Notes under the pieces: model-generated
Told to the model about the DNA's origin: nothing
What the model saw: only the letters and a program-made list of their open reading frames with translations
Database searches by the model: none
Program-made: the position numbers and the translations under genes
DNA from: an uncultured Chloroflexota bacterium
GTDB taxonomy: Bacteria; Chloroflexota; UBA11872; UBA12225
DNA: 64,000 nt
NCBI GenBank assembly: GCA_902805635.1
Contig: CADCTC010000018.1
Location: 48 to 64,047, forward strand
Direction of reading: 5' to 3'
Shown: one piece after another, positions 57,726-64,000 of the stretch
Layout of the letters: the number at the start of each line of letters is the position of its first letter
Position numbering within the stretch: position 1 is the first letter of the stretch

Positions 57726-58499
57726 TCAGACCGTGCCGGCGGCGTCCGCCGATGAGTCGCCGAAAAGCGCTTGGGTGGCGAGTCGGTCGGCGCCGATGAC
57801 CAAGCCAGGAACACCGGGCACGCGCAGGGCCGGCGCCGCCAGCCGCAGTGTGCGCTGCAGCAGAGTGAGGAGGGCCTGCGTGGCGCGCTGGCCAGGGCTC
57901 TTGTCAAGCAACCACCACAGCAGCACTGCCAGGTGGGCAAGGTACAGCAGCCGGCCGAGCGCGGGGCCCAGGTCCCCTCGCGGCGCGTCGATGGCTCCGA
58001 CTACGGCGCCGACGAAGACGTGCTGCACGCGCAGCCGGGAGAACGCCGTGCTGGGGGCGAACAGGCCCTCGTTGGCGTCGCCCACCAGCACCGGCACCAG
58101 CGCGGCAAGCGTGTCGCGCTGCGGTCGGAGCACCTCCAGGCTAGTCCGCAAGGCGTACATGAACCGGTCGCGCCACCGTCCGCGTGGCATTTCCGTAGCG
58201 CGTGCGGCGTACACCGCGGAGAGCTCGTCGTACAGCGCGAGCACCACCGCGCGCTTACTCGGGAAGTACCGATAGAGCAGCCCCACGCTAACGCCGGCCG
58301 CTTCGGCCACGTCACGCAGTGTCGTGGCCTGCCAGCCCCGCTCCGCGACCAGCCGCACGGCCGTCTCGTACAGGCGGCGGCGCGTCTCTTCCCCCTGGGC
58401 AGTGCGCCCGGGCGGGCGACCGCGCCGTCGGGGGGCGCCTTGCTTCAACTCCTCGTCACGATCCACCCCTGGTGCCGGCGGCTCCTCTTGCCTTGACAT
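57726..58499 (-). CDS. TetR-family regulator
   Basis: TTLRDVAEAAGVSVGLLYRYFPSK. Confidence 0.92.
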   Translation of the reverse strand: MSRQEEPPAPGVDRDEELKQGAPRRRGRPPGRTAQGEETRRRLYETAVRLVAERGWQATTLRDVAEAAGVSVGLLYRYFPSKRAVVLALYDELSAVYAARATEMPRGRWRDRFMYALRTSLEVLRPQRDTLAALVPVLVGDANEGLFAPSTAFSRLRVQHVFVGAVVGAIDAPRGDLGPALGRLLYLAHLAVLLWWLLDKSPGQRATQALLTLLQRTLRLAAPALRVPGVPGLVIGADRLATQALFGDSSADAAGTV

Positions 58500-58524
58500 T
58501 TTACTTGAACACGTTCACTATAAT
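58493..58524. promoter_or_regulatory. Divergent promoter region with probable TetR operator
   Basis: AT-rich; palindrome TGAAC-AC-GTTCA at 58506-58517 next to TATAAT at 58519. Confidence 0.65.
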
Positions 58525-58553
58525 TGTGAAATGAAATATCAACGAGGCGACGG

Positions 58554-59405
58554 ATGAAGGTGGTGCTTCCGGGAGGCTCGGGACACCTTGGGCAGCTGCT
58601 TGCGCGAGAGCTTGGGCGGCGCGGGCATGAGGTTACGGTGTTGTCCCGTGGAGGGACCGCAAGGAATGGGCGCGCCAGCGGACTAGGCGTACCGCGTGTG
58701 GTGGGGTGGGATGGGCAGAAGCTTGGCCCGTGGGCCGGCGAGCTGGATGGGGCGGACGCCGTGATCAACCTGGCCGGACGCAGCGTGAACTGCCGCTACA
58801 CGCACGCAAGCCTGAAGGCGATGCTGGACTCGCGGGTGGACTCGACACGCGCTGTGGGTCGGGCGATCGAAGGCGCCGCGCTCCCGCCGCGGGTGTGGCT
58901 ACAGGCGAGCACGGCGACCATCTACGCCCACCGCTTCGACGCGCCGAACGACGAGCTGACCGGGCGCATGGGAGGTGACGAGCCGGACGTGCCGGCGTAC
59001 TGGCGGCGCAGCATAGAGATCGCCAGCGCATGGGAAGACGCGCTGGATGAGGCGAAGACGCCGGTGACGCGCAAGGTGGCGCTGCGGGCCGCCATGGTGA
59101 TGGGCACGCAACGTGGTGGCGTGCTAGACGTACTGGTCCGCCTGGCGCGCCTGGGGCTTGGCGGCGCGATCGCGGGAGGCCGGCAGTTCGTCTCGTGGAT
59201 CCACGAACGCGACTTCGTGCGGGCGGTGGAGTTCCTGCTGGAGCGGGACGACCTGCGCGGCGCCGTGAACGTCACTGCGCCTGCGCCGCTCCCCCAGCGG
59301 GAGCTTATGGCCGGGCTGCGGTCGGCGCTGAAGGTGCCGGTCGGACTGCCGGCGGTGCTGACAGAAGAGGGTGAAGGGGTATCGCGCGGGGCGGGGCGCC
59401 GTTAG
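58554..59405 (+). CDS. TIGR01777/YfcH-like epimerase, apparently C-terminally truncated
   Basis: GGSGHLG, INLAGRSVNCRY, STATIY, SWIHE.D; similarity appears to end at VPVGLPA. Confidence 0.78.
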   Translation: MKVVLPGGSGHLGQLLARELGRRGHEVTVLSRGGTARNGRASGLGVPRVVGWDGQKLGPWAGELDGADAVINLAGRSVNCRYTHASLKAMLDSRVDSTRAVGRAIEGAALPPRVWLQASTATIYAHRFDAPNDELTGRMGGDEPDVPAYWRRSIEIASAWEDALDEAKTPVTRKVALRAAMVMGTQRGGVLDVLVRLARLGLGGAIAGGRQFVSWIHERDFVRAVEFLLERDDLRGAVNVTAPAPLPQRELMAGLRSALKVPVGLPAVLTEEGEGVSRGAGRR

Positions 59406-59602
59406 CAATGGAGCAATGATCGAGAGTCCCCAGCACCATGGCGACCTCCTGCGGTTGGTCGCACAGTTGCGAGCGATGCGCGCGGCGGATCCAACGAAGT
59501 CGGCGGACTGCGACCGGCTGCTGGCAAAGCTGAGGCCACACGTCGATCTGCCCACACTGCCTACGCGGCGCATACCAGCCGCCGAGTGGCAACCAGCGAC
59601 GC

Positions 59603-60781
59603 TCAGCGCCGCCAGTGGACGAGAGTGCCGCGTTCTCGCAGAAACGGCTCGTTGAGCGTGAAGCCCCAGCCTGGACGGTCGAGCACCTCGATGTGTCCGT
59701 TACGGGTCTGCGGGTAGTCGGGGAAGAGGTCGAGCCAGGCGACGTGCTGCTTGGCGTTGTCGAAGACTTCGATCCACTCGGTCTGCGGGTAGGCGGCGGC
59801 GATTTGCACGTGGAAGTGCGGTACGTGGTGCGGCGCGAGCGCCACGCCCTTAGCCTCGCAGTAGGCAGCCACCTTGGCGAACTCGGTGAGGCCGCCATTC
59901 TTGATGCAGTCAAACTGGACGTAGCGGACGTGTCCCTTGTCCACCAGGTCGCGCGTCTCCGCCAGCGTCACGTGGTTCTCACCAGACGCAATGGGGATGC
60001 TGGTGCTGGTGCCGAGCCGGCCGGTCTCGGCGTCCCAGTCGCGGGTTTCCTTGGTGCCGCGGTGGGGGCGGCCGGGGCTGGGCAGCGGCTCTTCGAGCCA
60101 GGTGAGGTCGTACGGCTCCATCGCTCTGGCATGCTCGATCGCCTCTTCGGTGCTCCATGCCTGGTTCGCGTCCACCATGATCTGGCCGTCCGGGCCGAGC
60201 GCTCCGCGCATGGCGCGCACGCGCGCGGCGCTCACGTCGGGGCCGCCGCGCCCGACGCGGATTTTTGTGGCGCGGAAGCCGCGCTCGTGCATCTCTTCCA
60301 GCGTCTCTTGCGCCATCTCCTCGGGCGGCTGCCCATCGGTGAGGAAGCCGGCCGAGCAGTAGGCGCGCATTGGCCGCGGCTGGCCGCCGAGCAGACGGCA
60401 GACGGAGAGCCCGGCCGCTTTCGCTTTGGCCTCCCAGAGCGCCAGGTCCACGGCGGCGATGGCGCCGAGGGCGGCGTTGCGGGTCCAGGCGGCGTTGCGC
60501 GGCGTGCCGTCGTCATGAAGCAGCGCCTGGGCCATCGTGGTCCACAGGTGCTGGGTGGCGGCCGCGTCCTGGCCCAGCAGCAACGGGCGAAGCACCTCGA
60601 CGATGGCCGACGAGATCATGGGCAGCGGGGCGCCGCGCGCCTCGCCGATGCCTTCTACGCCGTCGGAGGTGGTGACGCGGCAGATGACGTCGGTGCTGTG
60701 CGTGATCGGGCCGCCCGAGAGGCCCCTACCTTCCGCTAATGGCAGCTGAATCCAGGCGACCTCGATGTCGGCAATCTTCAC
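59603..60781 (-). CDS. Mandelate racemase-like enolase-superfamily enzyme
   Basis: VDLALW, TKIR, VDANQ, EEP, GEN, QFD, APH. Confidence 0.88.
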   Translation of the reverse strand: MKIADIEVAWIQLPLAEGRGLSGGPITHSTDVICRVTTSDGVEGIGEARGAPLPMISSAIVEVLRPLLLGQDAAATQHLWTTMAQALLHDDGTPRNAAWTRNAALGAIAAVDLALWEAKAKAAGLSVCRLLGGQPRPMRAYCSAGFLTDGQPPEEMAQETLEEMHERGFRATKIRVGRGGPDVSAARVRAMRGALGPDGQIMVDANQAWSTEEAIEHARAMEPYDLTWLEEPLPSPGRPHRGTKETRDWDAETGRLGTSTSIPIASGENHVTLAETRDLVDKGHVRYVQFDCIKNGGLTEFAKVAAYCEAKGVALAPHHVPHFHVQIAAAYPQTEWIEVFDNAKQHVAWLDLFPDYPQTRNGHIEVLDRPGWGFTLNEPFLRERGTLVHWRR

Positions 60782-61004
60782 GTGTCGTTCCTCTTCGTTA
60801 GACCAAGTGTCAACGGCGCGTATGTTCGTGGCTGTCCAGATTCATGTGTTCCCCCTCTCCATCACCAATTGCCACGTTGACCGGGTCCACGCTCTGTCTG
60901 CCCCGCCATATTCGCCACGATACCATGCTCCGCCGCACGTGCAAGGGTTGAGACTGGTAGCCTGAGGACGAGGCAACAATGGCGGCGTGTTTGGCGGGTA
61001 CATC

Positions 61005-62945
61005 ATGAGGGCTGCTACTGGTTCGACGGCGATACCGCCTTCGGCGGGCGCGCGCCACGGACCCCTGCCGGCGACGGGGGCGGCACTTCGCCATCCGGGC
61101 CTGGCGGCGTGGGTGGAGGAGCTGGCGGCGCTCTGCCGGCCCGAGCGCGTGCACGTGTGCGACGGATCGCAAGCGGAGTTCGACCGCCTCTGCGCCGAGA
61201 TGGTGGCGGGGGGCACGCTGATCCCGCTCAACCCGGCGCTGCGGCCCAACAGCTTCCTGGCCCGCTCCGATCCCGGCGACGTGGCGCGCGTGGAGGACCG
61301 CACGTTCATTTGCTCGCGCAGTCCGCAGGACGCTGGCCCCACCAACAACTGGGTGGACGCGCGCGAGATGCATCAGACGCTCGACCGGCTGTTCACCGGC
61401 TGCATGGCGGGGCGCACGCTGTACGTCGTGCCGTTCAGCATGGGGCCCATCGGCTCGCCCATCGCCGTGATTGGCGTGGAGATCACCGACAGTCCCTACG
61501 TGGCCGCGAGCATGCGCATCATGACCAGGATGGGTCAGCGCGTGCTGGAGGCGCTGGAGGCGCTGGGCGACGACGCGGTGTTCGTGCCGTGCGTGCACTC
61601 GGTGGGGATGCCGCTGGCGCCCGGCCAGGCGGACGTGCCGTGGCCCTGCAATGCCGAGCACAAGTACATCGTCCATTTTCCGGAGGAGCGCTCCATCTGG
61701 TCGTTCGGCAGCGGCTACGGCGGCAACGCGCTGTTGGGCAAGAAGTGCCTGGCCCTGCGCATCGCCAGCATCGCGGCGCGAGACGAGGGCTGGCTGGCCG
61801 AGCACATGCTGATCATGGGCGTGGAGAGCCCGGAGGGCGAGAAGACGTACCTCGCGGCCGCGTTCCCGTCGGCGTGCGGCAAGACCAACCTGGCCATGCT
61901 CATCCCCCCAGATGAGCTGACCGGGTGGAAGGTCACCACCATCGGGGACGACATCGCCTGGATCAGGCGCGGCGCGGACGGGCGGGTCTACGCCGTCAAT
62001 CCGGAGGCCGGGCTGTTCGGCGTGGCGCCGGACACCAGCGAGCGCACCAACCCGAACGCGATGGCCGCGCTGCGCGGCGACTGCCTGTTCACCAACGTGG
62101 CCATGACGCCGGAGGGCGACGTGTGGTGGGAAGGTATGACCGAGACGCCGCCGGCGCGGCTGATCGACTGGCAAGGGCAGGAGTGGACGCCCGGCTGTGG
62201 CCGGCCGGCGGCGCACCCGAACGCGCGCTTCACGGCGCCCCTTCAGCAGGTGCCGTCGCTCGACCCGGCGTGGGACGACCCGCGCGGGGTGCCGCTCAAG
62301 GCGTTCGTCTTCGGCGGGCGGCGCAGCGGCGTCCAGCCGCTGGTGTACCAGGCGTTCAACTGGGCGTATGGGGTGTACCTGGCGGCAACCATGGCGTCCG
62401 AGACGACCGCGGCGGCCACGGGGCAGGTGGGGCAGGTGCGCCGCGATCCGTTCGCGATGCTGCCGTTCTGCGGCTACCACATGGGCGACCACTTTAATCA
62501 CTGGCTGCAGTTCGGTCGCGAGACCCCCGAGCCGCCGCGCATCTTCAGCGTGAACTGGTTCCGGCGCGACGCGGATGGCAGGTTCCTGTGGCCTGGCTTC
62601 CGGCAGAACATGCGCGTGCTGCAATGGATCGTGCAGCGCGCGCAGGGCCGCGCCGTCGGCATCGAGAGCCCGCTGGGCTGGATGCCGCGCCACGAGGACC
62701 TGGACTGGCGCGGACTGGACGTCACCCCGGAACGGTTCCACGACCTGATGGCGGTGGACCGCGGCGCGTGGATGGAGGAGATCAACGCGCATGACGCGCT
62801 GTTTGGCCGGCTCTACGACCGCCTGCCCAAGGAGCTGCTGTTCATCCGCGAGCTGATCCTGTCCAGCCTGTGGCGCGCGCCGGCACGCTGGAGCCTGCGC
62901 CTGCCGCGCCGCCCTGGTGGCGTACCCGCGGCTGCCAACGAGTAG
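61005..62945 (+). CDS. pckG: Phosphoenolpyruvate carboxykinase (GTP)
   Basis: [53 protein letters not shown]. Confidence 0.96.
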   Translation: MRAATGSTAIPPSAGARHGPLPATGAALRHPGLAAWVEELAALCRPERVHVCDGSQAEFDRLCAEMVAGGTLIPLNPALRPNSFLARSDPGDVARVEDRTFICSRSPQDAGPTNNWVDAREMHQTLDRLFTGCMAGRTLYVVPFSMGPIGSPIAVIGVEITDSPYVAASMRIMTRMGQRVLEALEALGDDAVFVPCVHSVGMPLAPGQADVPWPCNAEHKYIVHFPEERSIWSFGSGYGGNALLGKKCLALRIASIAARDEGWLAEHMLIMGVESPEGEKTYLAAAFPSACGKTNLAMLIPPDELTGWKVTTIGDDIAWIRRGADGRVYAVNPEAGLFGVAPDTSERTNPNAMAALRGDCLFTNVAMTPEGDVWWEGMTETPPARLIDWQGQEWTPGCGRPAAHPNARFTAPLQQVPSLDPAWDDPRGVPLKAFVFGGRRSGVQPLVYQAFNWAYGVYLAATMASETTAAATGQVGQVRRDPFAMLPFCGYHMGDHFNHWLQFGRETPEPPRIFSVNWFRRDADGRFLWPGFRQNMRVLQWIVQRAQGRAVGIESPLGWMPRHEDLDWRGLDVTPERFHDLMAVDRGAWMEEINAHDALFGRLYDRLPKELLFIRELILSSLWRAPARWSLRLPRRPGGVPAAANE

Positions 62946-62971
62946 TGGCCGGCGCAAATCCGCCCGGCCGC

Positions 62972-64000
62972 TTAGCCGGCGAGGCGCTCGACGGCTTCTT
63001 CGTCGAGCGCCACTCCCAGCCCAGGACCGTCGGGCACCTGGATGTAGCCGCCTTCCGGCAGCAGCGGTGTCTTGAGGATGCCGCTGCGCTGGCGGCTGGC
63101 GACGACGTTGAACTCCTGGGCGTAGCGGCAGTTCGGGGTGCTGGCCCAGAAGTGTAGATGCGCCGCCAGGCCGACGCTGACCGTGGTGGTGTGGGTGGTG
63201 ACGTACTTCCCAAACGCGTCGGCCAGTGAGGCGATCTTCTTGCCTTCCGAGAGGCCGCCGCACTTGGTGACATCCGGCTGCAGGATGTCCGCGGCGCCCT
63301 TGGTCAGGATGTCCTTGAAGTCGTAGCGCGTGTGCTGCTGCTCTCCCACGGCGACGGGGATATCCAGCGCGGCGGCCACCTCGGCCATGCCGTCCAGATC
63401 GGTGTAGGGGATGGGCTCCTCATAGTGGAAGACGCCGTACCGCTCCAGCATCCGGCCGACCTTGATGGCGGTGTGGACGCTATACCCGGAGTTCGCGTCC
63501 ACCAGGAGCTCGGCCCTGGGCCCGATCGCCGCGCGCACCGCGGCCACCAGCGACTCGTCCTGCGACACGTCCTTGGCGTCGAAGCCGTAGCGCTCGCCGA
63601 TCTTGATCTTGACGCCGGAGAAGCCGCCTTGCATCGCCTCGGCGGCGCGGCGGGCGTACTCTTCGTCGTCGAGGTCACGGCTCATGTAGCTGGCGTAGAC
63701 GCGCACGCGGTCGCGGTACTTGCCCCCCAGCAGCTGGTAGACGGGGATGCCCAGCGCCTTGCCGGCCAGGTCGTGCAGCGCCTGGTCCACGCCGGAGATG
63801 GCGATGCTGGTCCCCTGGCCCCTGGTCTTGTACGTGGTGACGTACATCTTTTCCCAGCAGCCCTCCAGGTTGCGGGCGTCCATGCCCACCAGGAGCGGCT
63901 TGAGCTGCGTCTCCACGGCCACCTTGGTGACATCCGGGTGCATCGGGCTGGCCTCGCCGATGCCGTACAGCCCGTCCTCGCCCCATACCCGCACCAGTGG
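62972..64000 (-). CDS. Mandelate racemase-like enolase-superfamily enzyme, 5'-partial
   Basis: AISGVDQALHD, KIK, VDANS, EEP, GEQ, QPD, PGLG. Confidence 0.9.
   Translation of the reverse strand, partial: PLVRVWGEDGLYGIGEASPMHPDVTKVAVETQLKPLLVGMDARNLEGCWEKMYVTTYKTRGQGTSIAISGVDQALHDLAGKALGIPVYQLLGGKYRDRVRVYASYMSRDLDDEEYARRAAEAMQGGFSGVKIKIGERYGFDAKDVSQDESLVAAVRAAIGPRAELLVDANSGYSVHTAIKVGRMLERYGVFHYEEPIPYTDLDGMAEVAAALDIPVAVGEQQHTRYDFKDILTKGAADILQPDVTKCGGLSEGKKIASLADAFGKYVTTHTTTVSVGLAAHLHFWASTPNCRYAQEFNVVASRQRSGILKTPLLPEGGYIQVPDGPGLGVALDEEAVERLAG

Noticed and set aside
58506-58517. GAAC..GTTC as a LexA box
   Set aside because: Spacer is 2 nt rather than 4; position fits an operator of the adjacent TetR.
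60790-60990. Short minus-strand ORFs upstream of the enolase-family gene
   Set aside because: No consistent frame or recognisable motif; treated as a divergent promoter region.

Overview
High-GC bacterial chromosomal window, densely coding, with about 60 CDS. The gene style (Tat-lipoprotein sugar-binding proteins without permeases, several UxuA-like and enolase-superfamily dehydratases, multi-GAF kinase, NarL-type two-component system) suggests a soil Chloroflexota-like organism; this is inference only. The main theme is sugar-acid/uronate catabolism: 3 UxuA-like, 3 enolase-superfamily, 1 UxaA-like, 2 Gfo/Idh/MocA, 2 aldo-keto reductases, a lactonase-like amidohydrolase, a signal-less alginate-lyase-family gene and 2 orphan solute-binding proteins. 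Other content: an alkylation-repair pair (ada-alkA fusion, ogt), an HxlR-YceI-VOC module, clpP, pckG, a paired ABC exporter with one frameshifted half, NHL-repeat, LysM and DUF3500 proteins, and several decayed genes. I found no rRNA, tRNA, CRISPR array, integrase or transposase. No new system can be proven from sequence alone. Best candidates for undescribed biology: (i) two related intergenic elements with 10-bp-phased TGTGTCCC repeats behind an SD-led short ORF; (ii) two sigma54-like promoters in front of small unannotated membrane proteins; (iii) a divergent DRE-TIM enzyme cluster and a UxaA-like enzyme lacking its usual Cys motifs; (iv) a binding protein coupled to a cytoplasmic alginate-lyase-family enzyme; (v) a GTAG-type REP doublet with compensatory changes. 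All family calls come from motif recognition by eye, not database searches, and many start codons were re-chosen from the ORF track.
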